A DNA stretch of 64,000 nt from an uncultured Eubacteriales bacterium (GTDB lineage Bacteria > Bacillota > Clostridia > Oscillospirales > CAG-272). The position numbers and the translations under genes are program-made. Within the stretch, counting starts at the first letter, position 1. Every line of letters starts with the position of its first letter. Shown here one piece after another: positions 45,223 through 58,139 of the stretch. A model generated the notes under the pieces. It worked only from the letters and a program-made list of their open reading frames with translations, did no database searches and was not told the origin of the DNA. The stretch lies in the NCBI GenBank assembly GCA_934385225.1, contig CAKRPQ010000001.1, forward strand, positions 4,876-68,875, in the 5' to 3' direction.

Positions 45223-48200
45223 TTAAACGCTTTTTATGTCCGTCTCGATATCCACAGCCTCGCCGAGCGGAAGAGAGTAGATGCACACGCGCGACGGCTC
45301 CTCGCCGAAGATTTCGCGCACAGCCAGTCTGTAATACGAGAGCTGGGTTGCGTGCCTCTCGGTCAGCTTCTTTTTCGCGAGCCGAACGTTACGCTTTTCG
45401 GCTTCCGTCAGATAGTCGGTCTTATAGTCACAGAGGACGAGAGTGCCGTCCGCTTTGCGGAAAACGAGGTCGATAACGCCCTGAACAACGACTGTTTCGC
45501 CGCCGAGAAGTTTTTCACGCGCGGGGTTCTCCGTGAAAAGAGACGCGGCAAGGCGCAGATTGAACCGCTGTTCCCTGTAAATCTCGCGCGAGGCGGAAAG
45601 CTCCGCGAAAAAGCTGCTCGTAAAGAACCGCGAAAGCTGTTCCTCGTCGATAAGCTTCGCGATTTCGGGCGACAGGAAGCCGAGCGCGCAAAGTCGCTCT
45701 TTCTCCGCTCTGACACCGTGCTTTTTAGCGTTCTCAAAGTCGCAGAACTGCATAAACGTATGAGTCGCCGTTCCGTGCTCCGCTCCGCCCGCCCTTTCCT
45801 CCGTCGGGACAAGGAACGCGGGGAGCGTGCGGAGAGTTACCTCCTCTTTTTCTGTCGGAACTCCGTCCGCCTCGTCGTCAAGAACGCCGGGATACAGCTT
45901 CGACACCGACATTTTGGCGGGCAGCTCCGAAAGATATGAATACGGATACTCGAAATCAAAGCGTTTTTCAAGCTCCGCCGCAATCGCCGCCTCGCGCTCC
46001 GCGCTAGCGGCGTTCGTTTTGCCCGCCGCCTTTTTGCCGTCGTATTTCACTTCTTTCGGAATATCGCCCGCCTCCGCCGAGAAGAATTCGAAACAGTCGG
46101 ACGGGCGGTCGCAACCGTCACCGAGCGCGGTCAGAATGAATTTAAGGAAGCTGCGGCAGGACATAAATGTGTATATATCGGACTTCTCCGCGCCCTTTAC
46201 TATCGACTCGACCGTGTTTGCGCTCACGCCCGCGCTTATGTAGAGCCTTTCCCTTGCACGCGTCAGCGCAACGTAGAGGACGCGCATACGCTCCTCGACC
46301 TCGCTGTCGCGGTTTTTGCCGTCAATAATGTTCTTTATCGGATTTACGCGCTTTACAAAGCCGGTTTCCTCGCCGAATGACATTCCCACGCCTATATCGC
46401 GGTCAAACGAGACAAGCCCCGACGCGCCCTTCGGGAAGAAATCGCTTTCTGCGGACGCGATAAAGCATATCGGAAATTCAAGTCCCTTTGACGCGTGTAT
46501 AGTCATAACATCGACGGCGTTTTCGGCGCTTTCCGCGGCGGGCGGCTCTACCTTTCCGCCCGATTCGATTATCCCGTCGATGTAGTTTATAAAGCCGTAA
46601 AGGCCGCCCGCGCCCGTCTTTTCGTAAGTGCAGGCGTAATCGTAGAGCATAAGCAGATTTGCGCGTCTCGCCTCCGCGTTCGGTGCGGATTCCTCGTCGC
46701 CGCCCGCAAAAGACATCATTCTCGTGTCGGAATAGATAAAGTGCAGGAGCCTGTCCGTTCCGAGCCGTCTCGCCTCGCGGCGGTAAAGCGCGAGTTTTTC
46801 GGTAAAATACCCTATTTTGCTTCGCAGAGCCTCGGTCACGTTTTCGGGGTTCTCCGCTGTCGCAAGAAGATCGTCGTAGAGGGAAATTCCCGAATTTGCT
46901 CCCCGCAATCGCGCAAGGTCGTCGATATCAAAGCCGTAGAGCGGCGAGCGCAGCACGCCCGCGAGATAGACGTCCTTTCGCGGGTTGTCGATGACTTTGA
47001 TAAGCGAGAGCGCAAGAAGCACCTCGGCGTTCTCAAAATATCTGACGCTTGTGCGCGACACCGTCGGAATGCCCGCGTCGCGGAGGAATTTTGCGAAAAC
47101 GTCGGCTTTTTTGTTCGTTCCCGTAAGCACGGCAATATCCCGCGGCTCTATGCGGCGCATGACGCCGCCGTCCTCACATAGCTCGCGCCCGTCCGAAAGG
47201 AGTCTTATTATCTCGGACGCGATGTACCGCTCTTCAAGATTTTCGTTTATCTTTTTCGCCCGCGCCTTATCTTCCTCCGTGCCGTTTCTCGGCGCGGCGC
47301 ATTTTACGAGCGCGCCGAGTTTTACCTTTGTAAATTCGCCGTCCTTTTTTACCGTCCGCTTTCCGAAGCGGAGATCGTCCTCCGCCGTATAGCCGACGCT
47401 GTTTCTGCCGCCGCGGAAAAGCGCGCCGCAGACCCTGTTCGTAAAATCTATTATCGGCTTGTCGCACCTGAAATTGTGCGACATATAAATGCTCGCGTCG
47501 TAGCTTTTTCCCGCCTTATCGAGCGGCGGAAACGTATTTTTGTATCCCGCAAATGTCGACGGATTCGCGCCGCGGAAGCGGTATATGCTCTGCTTTATAT
47601 CGCCGACCATAAAACGCCCGCCCGCTCTCGCTATCGACGCGAATATCAGATCCTGAACGGCGTCGGTGTCCTGATATTCGTCAATGTATATCTCGTCGAA
47701 CCTGTTTGCGTACTCACGCGCGAGAGGCGTCGGAAAGCCGTCGCCGTCGACAAAAAGTTTCAGTGCAAAGTGCTTGCAATCGCTGAAATCGCACCCCATA
47801 ACCGCGAGTTTCGCCGCCGAAAAGCGCTCCCTGAACTCCGAAAGCACCTTATACGCCCATTCGACGTTCCGCGCGTTTTCGAGAAGAGCCGCGCGCATAC
47901 CGTCTTCGCGTGCGCGGAAGTATCCCTCGCGGAATTTTCCGTATTCGTCTTTCAGTTTGTTCCGCTCGCCCTCGTGATATTCGAGCAGCTCCGATTTTAC
48001 CCTTTCCCTGCCGACGGGCGGCACGGAAAAGTTCGAAAAGAGCCTCACCGCTTCGTTCATATCGTCTGCCGCTATCGCCTTTTTCACGTCCGTGAAGTGC
48101 TTATACAGATAGGCGTATGTGTTCTTGTACTTTTTCTGCTCCTTATCGCCGAGCGTTTCGATTATTCCGAGCGCGTCCCCGAAAACGGAGGCGAAATGTT

Positions 48201-48929
48201 CGACAAACGGCACCGTTATCTTTTTAAGCTCGCCGCCCGCCACGCCGCAAAGGAACGGTTTCTCCGCGTCCGCGCGCATATTTTTCGCGTTCTTCGCGAG
48301 AAATTCGGTGAAATCGGCGTACCCCGAGAGCCTGTCGTACAGCGAAAGAAGTTCCGCTGCGGCATAACTCTCCCCTCTCGAATCGAGAAAAATGTCCATA
48401 AACTCCCGAAACGAGCCGCCTCCGTTCTCATTGTCGTTGTCGTTTTCGTTTTCGTTTTCGCCGCCCCGATACTTTTCGTAAAAGTCCTCAATGACGCTCT
48501 CCATCGTCTTTTCGCGCATAGGAACGAGCAGGGTGTCGTCAAGCACGCGCAGAGACGGCGGAAGTCCGAGAACGTCGAAATTCTGCTTCACTGCGCCGTA
48601 GTAGAAAGAGTCTATCGTCGATATTGACGCGCTTCCGAGGCGCACCATCTGCTCGGCGAGGTGTCTGTTCGACGGATTTTCGGCAAGAGCCTTTCCGAGA
48701 GCCTTTGAAATCTTCTTTTTCAGATCCGCCGCCGATGCTTTTGTGAACGTGACCACGAGAAAACGGCTTATGTCGGCGGGATTTTCCTCGTCTGTCAGCC
48801 GCCTTATTATGCGCTCGGTAAGCGTTGCCGTTTTTCCCGACCCCGCCGCCGCGGAGACGAGAACGGTCTTTCCGCGCACGTCGATAGCGCTTCTCTGGGC
48901 GTCGGTCCATTTTGTTTCGCTTCCGCTCA

Positions 48930-48930
<1 letters not shown>
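45223..48930 (-). CDS. addA: ATP-dependent helicase/nuclease subunit A
   Basis: UvrD-type Walker A AAAGSGKT, helicase motifs throughout, and a C-terminal RecB-type nuclease (GVIDLVF...DYKTD). The ATG shares one base with the addB stop (TAATG). The AGGAGG RBS lies inside the addB tail. Confidence 0.93.
48430..48459 (-). repeat. hexanucleotide repeat encoding ENENENDNDNEN in AddA
   Basis: The plus strand reads ATTGTC GTTGTC GTTTTC GTTTTC GTTTTC. Confidence 0.9.
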
Positions 48931-52286
<3,356 letters not shown>

Positions 52287-52298
52287 ATCCCGTCCTCC

Positions 52299-53090
52299 TT
52301 AATAGATAAAAGTCAGGTCGTCCGCAACGTTTTTCGCGCCGAGAACGGTTCTGCGCAGAACGAAATAGTAGTTCCGCCGCACCATATAAACGCTTCCGTA
52401 TTCGTTCCGCTCGGTAAAGTATGCGCCCTTGCCGCCGAAACCGCTTTTTCTGAAAAAGTAGGGCGACACGACAAGGCAGACAGACCCTTCCGACGCAAAG
52501 GAACGAACGTTTTCATAAAAAAACGAACTCTCCGCGCCGTTCTTCTTCATCTGCCTGCGGTTGCCGAAAAAGACGTAGACTTTTTTTCCGTTTATAGCGT
52601 CGGCTATGCGTTCGTTCGCTTTTTTGCTCCCGAAAAGAGCGATGAGAAGCGACGCGATGAAAAGAACTCCCGTCACGGGGAGAACTATAAGAATGACGGC
52701 GGAAAAGGACACGATGAAAACCGCGCTCGTCTCTGCCCATATTACGATTTTGGTGAGAACCCTGAATATCGTCGAAAAAAGTCTGAAACGGCGAAAATAC
52801 GCAAGTATCCGCAGATATACGTTATACACCGACGTGCTTTTTATAAGCTCTATAAGGTATCTCGGATAGTATTTCACCGACATAAGGCGGCTCTGCCGCA
52901 CCTCTTTGTACCACTCGTGCGAAACGCTGTCGCCGCCCGTTTCCTCTCCTCTTTCGCTGCCCATGCGCGAGAGTTTTACTTCAAGCTCGTCTATTCTGTG
53001 GTAAAGTCCCTCGTTCTCGGCGCGAAGCCGTGTAAGCTCCGCCGAGAGGTCTGTTTCGTTTTCCTTTTTTATGTTCGTCCCGTCGTCCAA
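52299..53090 (-). CDS. hypothetical membrane protein with an N-terminal coiled coil
   Basis: 263 aa. LSAELTRLRAENEGLYHRIDELEVKL is followed by two TMs and a cytosolic domain. The start is TTG with a weak RBS. It is wedged between the queG-like gene and addB. Confidence 0.6.
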   Translation of the reverse strand: MDDGTNIKKENETDLSAELTRLRAENEGLYHRIDELEVKLSRMGSERGEETGGDSVSHEWYKEVRQSRLMSVKYYPRYLIELIKSTSVYNVYLRILAYFRRFRLFSTIFRVLTKIVIWAETSAVFIVSFSAVILIVLPVTGVLFIASLLIALFGSKKANERIADAINGKKVYVFFGNRRQMKKNGAESSFFYENVRSFASEGSVCLVVSPYFFRKSGFGGKGAYFTERNEYGSVYMVRRNYYFVLRRTVLGAKNVADDLTFIY

Positions 53091-53112
53091 GCTCTTTTAC
53101 GTCCCCTTTCGG

Positions 53113-53937
53113 TCATTTTTCGGTCGGTTCTTTTTCAAGATTTTCAAGATTGCGCGTTATGACCGCGCGTCCGCGCCACGAATAGGCGCGCTCGGCAAAT
53201 TCCACGTCCGTCATATTTTTCAAGTCCGACGACGTGAGAAAAGGCGTTAAGCTCTCGCGGAAAAACTTTATCTCCGTAAAATTGCCCTCCTTTATCGCAC
53301 GCTTTGTGTGCGGGCAGGCGAGCTGACAGATGTCGCAGCCCCACGCCGTGCCGTTCTCACGGAGCATTTTAAGCTCTTCCTCCGTAAGTTCGCCTTTCCT
53401 TTGCGATATTTCGGAAAGGCAGAATTCGAAATTCCCGTCCTTAAAGCCGGGACAGGCGCGAAGGCACGCTCCGCAGTCCTCACAGTGCTTTATTTCACCC
53501 GCGCGGCACTCAATCTTCATATCGGTAACGATTTCGCCGATAAACACGAGCGACGAATATTTCTCGGTTATGAGCAGTCCGTTCCTTCCGACAACGCCCA
53601 GACCCGCTTTCGCCGCCGCCTTTATCTCCGCTATCGGCGAATGGTCCGAAAAACCCGCGAATTTGTTATTCGGAAAAGCCTCCGCAAGATTTTTCGTCAC
53701 GCGCGCGAAAAAACCCTTAAAGAATATGTGGTAATCGCGCGGTGTCGCGTAGAGTGAAATGTTCCTCTTTTCGGGAAAAAAAGCGCAGTAAGGCACGGCA
53801 AGCATTATCGCCGTCCCGTCCGAAATGCCGGCGCGTTCGAGAAGATACGCGCGCTTTATCTCACAGTCGGAGAGCGGTATCGGCGCAAAATATTCGATCC
53901 CCTCCGCACGGATAGCGTTTTCTATAATTCCGTCCAT
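53113..53937 (-). CDS. epoxyqueuosine reductase (QueG)-like 4Fe-4S protein
   Basis: Contains the GLGVVGRNGLLIT block and two ferredoxin-type motifs, CEDCGACLRACP and CDICQLACP. It is shorter than canonical QueG. Confidence 0.7.
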   Translation of the reverse strand: MDGIIENAIRAEGIEYFAPIPLSDCEIKRAYLLERAGISDGTAIMLAVPYCAFFPEKRNISLYATPRDYHIFFKGFFARVTKNLAEAFPNNKFAGFSDHSPIAEIKAAAKAGLGVVGRNGLLITEKYSSLVFIGEIVTDMKIECRAGEIKHCEDCGACLRACPGFKDGNFEFCLSEISQRKGELTEEELKMLRENGTAWGCDICQLACPHTKRAIKEGNFTEIKFFRESLTPFLTSSDLKNMTDVEFAERAYSWRGRAVITRNLENLEKEPTEK

Positions 53938-55880
53938 CAGACGTCCGTTTCCTCGTATATTTCGAGAAGCCTGTTCTCTATTTCCGTTTTTCTCTCGTCC
54001 AGCTCTGCCGCGCGCATATAGTCGCTCGCCGCCTCGCCGTAAAGTTCTTCTTCAACCTTTTGAAGCTCCTCTTCGAGCTTTTTCGCCTCGTTTTTCAGCC
54101 GTTCGATGCGCTTCTGTTCGCGCCTTATGTCCGCCTGGCTCTGCTTTGCGGCAAGGTACTGCTCCCTCTCCGAGGTGTTCTTTTCCGCTCTGCTCTCCGT
54201 AACGCCCGCCTTTTCGCGTCTCGTCTCCCTGAACGCTCTGTATTCGTCGTAGGCGTGACCGTCCCCGCCGCACCTGAAATCGAGCAGCTCGTCCGCCAGT
54301 CCCGCGGGCTTTATCTCTATTATCCGCGTCGCCAGCTTGCTGATGAAATATCTGTCGTGCGAAACGGTGACAACAGTCCCGTCGTATTTTTCGAGCGCCT
54401 CTTCGAGCGCCTCGCGCGAGCCGATGTCAAGGTGGTTCGTCGGCTCGTCGAGAATGAGCAGATTCATTTTAGAGAGTATCAGCTTCGAGAGGGTGAGTCT
54501 TGCGCGCTCGCCGCCGCTCAGCACCGACACCGTCTTATAAATGTCGTCTCCGAAAAAGCGGAAGAGCGCGAGCGTGTTTCTTATCTCCGTCTCCGTCAGC
54601 GTCGGATAGGCGTTCCAAAGCTCGTCGAGTACCGTGTTTTCGGGAGTCAAATTCTGATTTTCCTGGTCGTAGTAGCCGATTTCGACGTTATACCCGATTT
54701 CGACGCTTCCGCCCGTCTGGCGGAGCTTGCCGAGCAGGATCTTTATGAGCGTGGACTTGCCGCACCCGTTCGCGCCGACGATAAACACCTTTTCGTTCTT
54801 CTTCACAAGGAACGAGAGGTCGTCAAAAAGTCTCTTTTCGCCGAACGCCATCGAAAGGTGCTTCACTTCAAGCACGTCGTTTCCGCTTTCGAGTCCTTTT
54901 TTGAACGTGATGCGTATATTTTTCGGGTCTTCCTGCGGTTTTTCGAATTTCACCATCTTGTCGAGGAGCTTCTGACGGCTCTCGGCGGCAATGATGTTCC
55001 TCTCGCGGTTCCACGCGCGCTGCTGTTCGATGTACGCTTCCTGTCTCGCTATCTCCTTCTGCTGGTTGCGGTAGCGTCTCTCCGCCGCCTCGCGGTCGGC
55101 TTTTCGCTTCTCCATACTCTCGGTGTAAGAGCCGCCGTAGAGCTTCGCCGTATGGAATTCGACGCAGAGCGTTTTGTTCGTCACGCGGTCAAGGAAATAG
55201 CGGTCGTGCGAGATGACGAGGACGTTCTTTTTGTACTGAACGAGAAAATCTTCGAGCCACGCGAGCGTGTCCGCGTCGAGGTGGTTCGTCGGCTCGTCGA
55301 GGAGGAGTATATCCGGCTCGCGGCAGAGAAGTCTTGCCAGCGCAAAACGCGTTTTCTGTCCTCCGCTGAGCGACGAGAGCGGTTTTTTCGCGTCCGCGTC
55401 GTCAAAGCCCATCTTTTTCAGTATCGACATCGCGCGGCTTTTATATTCCATACCGCCCGACGCGATAAATTTGGCGTAAAGCTCTGTATATTCGTTTGTT
55501 AAAATGCGGTATTCTTCGCTTTTCGAGTCGTGCGACTTTTCGCCGAGGAGCTTTTCAAGCTCCGCTATGCGTCTCTCGGCGCGCACAAGTTCGGGAAACG
55601 CCGCGTACATCTGCTCGCCGACGCTCCCGCCGCATATGTCCGACGTCTCAAACGCGCCGTCCTGCGTGAGAAGTCCGACGGTCTTGTCTTTTGATATATA
55701 AACAGAGCCGTGCTCCGGCTCGTATTCGCCCGTTATCAGCTTGAAAAGAGTCGATTTTCCAGACCCGTTCACGCCGATTATGCCGAGCTTGTCGCCCTCT
55801 TCAAGCGAAAAGGACACGTTATCGAGTATCACCTTCGTTCCGACGGAGAACCCAAGGTTTTCTACACTTATTGCAGTCAT
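53937..55880 (-). CDS. ABC-F family ATPase (Uup/YheS-like, no TM domain)
   Basis: Two ABC cassettes (GVNGSGKST / GANGCGKST; LSGGQKTR / LSGGERAR) with an inter-domain linker and a C-terminal coiled coil. Confidence 0.9.
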   Translation of the reverse strand: MTAISVENLGFSVGTKVILDNVSFSLEEGDKLGIIGVNGSGKSTLFKLITGEYEPEHGSVYISKDKTVGLLTQDGAFETSDICGGSVGEQMYAAFPELVRAERRIAELEKLLGEKSHDSKSEEYRILTNEYTELYAKFIASGGMEYKSRAMSILKKMGFDDADAKKPLSSLSGGQKTRFALARLLCREPDILLLDEPTNHLDADTLAWLEDFLVQYKKNVLVISHDRYFLDRVTNKTLCVEFHTAKLYGGSYTESMEKRKADREAAERRYRNQQKEIARQEAYIEQQRAWNRERNIIAAESRQKLLDKMVKFEKPQEDPKNIRITFKKGLESGNDVLEVKHLSMAFGEKRLFDDLSFLVKKNEKVFIVGANGCGKSTLIKILLGKLRQTGGSVEIGYNVEIGYYDQENQNLTPENTVLDELWNAYPTLTETEIRNTLALFRFFGDDIYKTVSVLSGGERARLTLSKLILSKMNLLILDEPTNHLDIGSREALEEALEKYDGTVVTVSHDRYFISKLATRIIEIKPAGLADELLDFRCGGDGHAYDEYRAFRETRREKAGVTESRAEKNTSEREQYLAAKQSQADIRREQKRIERLKNEAKKLEEELQKVEEELYGEAASDYMRAAELDERKTEIENRLLEIYEETDV

Positions 55881-55889
55881 ATCAGTTCC

Positions 55890-56528
55890 TTAAAATCTTA
55901 TCTTCATTTCTTTCGCGACGCCGAGAATGCGCGCGTCTCCGCACTCAAAATCTTCGGGCGTCAGCACTATCGGTTCGTAATCTTCGTTTTCGGGGACAAG
56001 GTATATGCGGCGGTTTTCGGTGTGGTATCTCTTGACCGTCGCGCTTTCGCCGTCGACAAGGCAGGCGACGATGTCGCCCTCCTCCGCGTACTGCTGCTTT
56101 CTGAAAAGAACGAGCGAGCCGTTCACCATACCGCAGTTCTTCATACTGTCGCCGAACACCGAGAGGTAGAAGTAGTCCCGCGGGTCTTCGCCGCGCGAAA
56201 TGTCCGCCGTCTCGTAGCCGATCAGCGTTTCGTTCGTGATTATAGGTTTTCCCGCTCTTATCTCGCCTATTATGGGTATCCGAATGTTTCCGCCGATCTC
56301 CTCTTCGTCCGTGAGCGAAATTTCCGAGAGATCGACGTCGTCGCCGACGAGTTTCGAGATGTCAACGCCGAAATAATCCGCGATGAGGCGCATCTTATCC
56401 GCCTTCGGCACACTCCTGCCGTTTTTCCAGTCGGAAAGCGTCGAGGGCGCAATTCCCGTAGCTTTTGCGACCTTATATGAGGTCGATTTTTTCATATTCA
56501 GCAGTTTTTCGTAATTCGAATAACTCAT
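55890..56528 (-). CDS. XRE-HTH + S24 peptidase repressor (LexA/CI-like, self-cleaving type)
   Basis: The N-terminal HTH is YKVAKATGIAPSTLSDWKNG. A candidate cleavage site is RAG-K. The Ser is in FGDSM and the Lys in TVKRY. AAGGAG RBS. Confidence 0.85.
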   Translation of the reverse strand: MSYSNYEKLLNMKKSTSYKVAKATGIAPSTLSDWKNGRSVPKADKMRLIADYFGVDISKLVGDDVDLSEISLTDEEEIGGNIRIPIIGEIRAGKPIITNETLIGYETADISRGEDPRDYFYLSVFGDSMKNCGMVNGSLVLFRKQQYAEEGDIVACLVDGESATVKRYHTENRRIYLVPENEDYEPIVLTPEDFECGDARILGVAKEMKIRF

Positions 56529-56581
56529 ATATAACCTGTCTCCTTTTTGTGCAAAACGACAAAACTTCCAAAATAGGAAAG

Positions 56582-56638
56582 ATTTCCGAAATATGCACTT
56601 GACAATAGTTCGGTTTTGCGATATAATAGTTCCGAAAT
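56582..56638. promoter_or_regulatory. two 11-bp palindromic candidate operators bracketing the divergent promoter
   Basis: ATTTCcGAAAT at 56582-56592 is a perfect palindrome. AGTTCcGAAAT at 56628-56638 has one mismatch. The motif AATAGTTC(C/G)G also occurs twice (about 56604-56613 and 56626-56635). Confidence 0.4.
56599..56627 (+). promoter_or_regulatory. sigma-A promoter (exact consensus) for the Zn-ribbon/sigma-like gene pair
   Basis: TTGACA (56599-56604), 17 nt, TATAAT (56622-56627). Confidence 0.6.
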
Positions 56639-56759
56639 GTGAACTACGCTGTCCGCTATCCGAAAAGCCCCGTTTTCGGTTTGCACGATTTACAGTTCAG
56701 TATATCACATTTCCCCTCAAAAGTCAACACATAAAAGCATTTAAGGAAAGGAACAATGA

Positions 56760-56993
56760 ATGACGAGAAACGAAAAAAATTATCTGAAAAGCTCTGAATG
56801 TGAAGGTGAAAAGCCGAGGTACTGCCGTGTTTGCGGCGAAATTATACCGAAAGGCTGTTACTATGTGAATTTCAGAGGAAAAAGCGTATGTTGCACCTGC
56901 ACATTCGAAATGAAGTCGGAGGAAATAATTCGGATTTGCGAACTCAAATCGCCCGAGAAAACGCCTGACAGGCACGGATTTACGCATGAATGA
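56760..56993 (+). CDS. small Cys-rich (zinc-ribbon-like) protein
   Basis: 77 aa with CRVCGEIIPKGC...CCTC. AAGGAAAGGA RBS. It overlaps the next gene by 8 nt. Confidence 0.5.
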   Translation: MTRNEKNYLKSSECEGEKPRYCRVCGEIIPKGCYYVNFRGKSVCCTCTFEMKSEEIIRICELKSPEKTPDRHGFTHE

Positions 56994-57390
56994 TTTCCTC
57001 GGGGTATCTGCCGTGCAAAAAGAAAAGACAAAGACCGTCGAATTTCTCGAAAGTTACAGAACGAACAAGCGAATGCTCGATATGATGCGCTACGAAAAGG
57101 ATTATTTTTCGGACAGAGAGCGCGGCACGGAGGCGGAAAAGGACGATTTTCTGCTGCTTCCGGGCGGCGACGAGGTTCTGCTGAAAAACAGAATGTACAC
57201 CGTGCGCCGCTTCATTATGAGCCTTGGCGACAGCGACCAGAAAACGCTGCTTTTTTACCACTACATAAAAGGATTTTCGGTTGAAAAGTGTGCGGAGCTG
57301 ATGAACATAGGCAGAACGAGCGCATTCCGCCTGAAAAAGAAGGCACTCGAATCGGCGAAGAACGTGTACGACGAGAAATTCACCGCATAA
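56986..57390 (+). CDS. sigma-70 region-4-like / ArpU-type small transcriptional activator
   Basis: 134 aa. The C-terminus QKTLLFYHYIKGFSVEKCAELMNIGRTSAFRLKKKALE is a region-4 HTH. The N-terminus LESYRTNKRMLDMMRYEK resembles phage/ICE late activators. Confidence 0.65.
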   Translation: MNDFLGVSAVQKEKTKTVEFLESYRTNKRMLDMMRYEKDYFSDRERGTEAEKDDFLLLPGGDEVLLKNRMYTVRRFIMSLGDSDQKTLLFYHYIKGFSVEKCAELMNIGRTSAFRLKKKALESAKNVYDEKFTA

Positions 57391-57402
57391 AAGAAAATAT
57401 AT

Positions 57403-57434
57403 AAAAAAACAGGGACGAAAGTCCCTGTTTTCTT
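57403..57434 (+). terminator. rho-independent terminator (GNRA tetraloop)
   Basis: A-run, then CAGGGAC (57410-57416), loop GAAA, GTCCCTG (57421-57427), then TTTTCTTGTT. Confidence 0.65.
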
Positions 57435-57454
57435 GTTAAACGACCGTGAGGTTG

Positions 57455-58135
57455 TTTTTTAGCCTCCCTTGCCATAAAAAGTCGGTAAAAGTTTTGGTCA
57501 ACCTTTTTCAAAAGGGTGCAGATTCAAAAGGCAGAGCCTTTTGTCGCTCTCCGCAGAGAGCTAAGTCGGGGGTGAAAAAAGCGATGACCTCAATTCTACC
57601 GCCCCGACTATGAAAACCCTACGGTTTTTCCCGAAGCACGATGTGGAGGAGAAATGTTCTCGGCGCTTTCTTTTTGTGAGATGCCGAAGGCATCTATACT
57701 TTTATCTTTGCGCCTGTCGCATCAAAAGAAAGGGCGTTATTGGATACTATGCAACCGCACGGCTACATTAGCCTCCCGTTGTACTTCGGGAAAAACCGTA
57801 GGGTTTTCATAGGTGGAGCAGTTTACACCCTCTATTATTGCAGACCTCACCTCCACCTTTGCCTCCCCTGTGTAAGGGGAGGTGGCGGAGGTGCGCAAGC
57901 CCTCCGACGGAAGGGTTGTCCGTCTGCGTGCCGCCGTGAAGTCGTGCAGCACTCATTAACGCTCTTTCTCTTGATGCGACAGGCGCAAGAGAAAGAGCTT
58001 CGCAGAAAGAGAAGCGCCGAGAATGTTTCGCCGTCTGCGGACGGCGACAAGGGCTATGCGCCCTTGACCGCACTCGCCTTTTGTAAAAGGCGAGACGAAA
58101 ACTTTCAGTCAACGGCGAAGCTAAACTTTCACCCG
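57455..58135. repeat. hairpin-module array D (two sub-arrays in inverted orientation)
   Basis: The left half (about 57480-57770) carries modules k,j,i,h,b',a,g,f as reverse complements. The right half (about 57785-58135) carries a,b,c,d,e,f,g,h,i,j,k forward. Confidence 0.85.
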
Positions 58136-58139
58136 TCCC

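Noticed and set aside
56529-56759. Canonical Firmicute LexA (Cheo) box GAAC-N4-GTTC in the repressor's intergenic region
   Set aside because: Only partial matches are seen (for example GAACTACGCTGT). The clear symmetric elements are the ATTTCcGAAAT palindromes, so the region was not called an SOS box.
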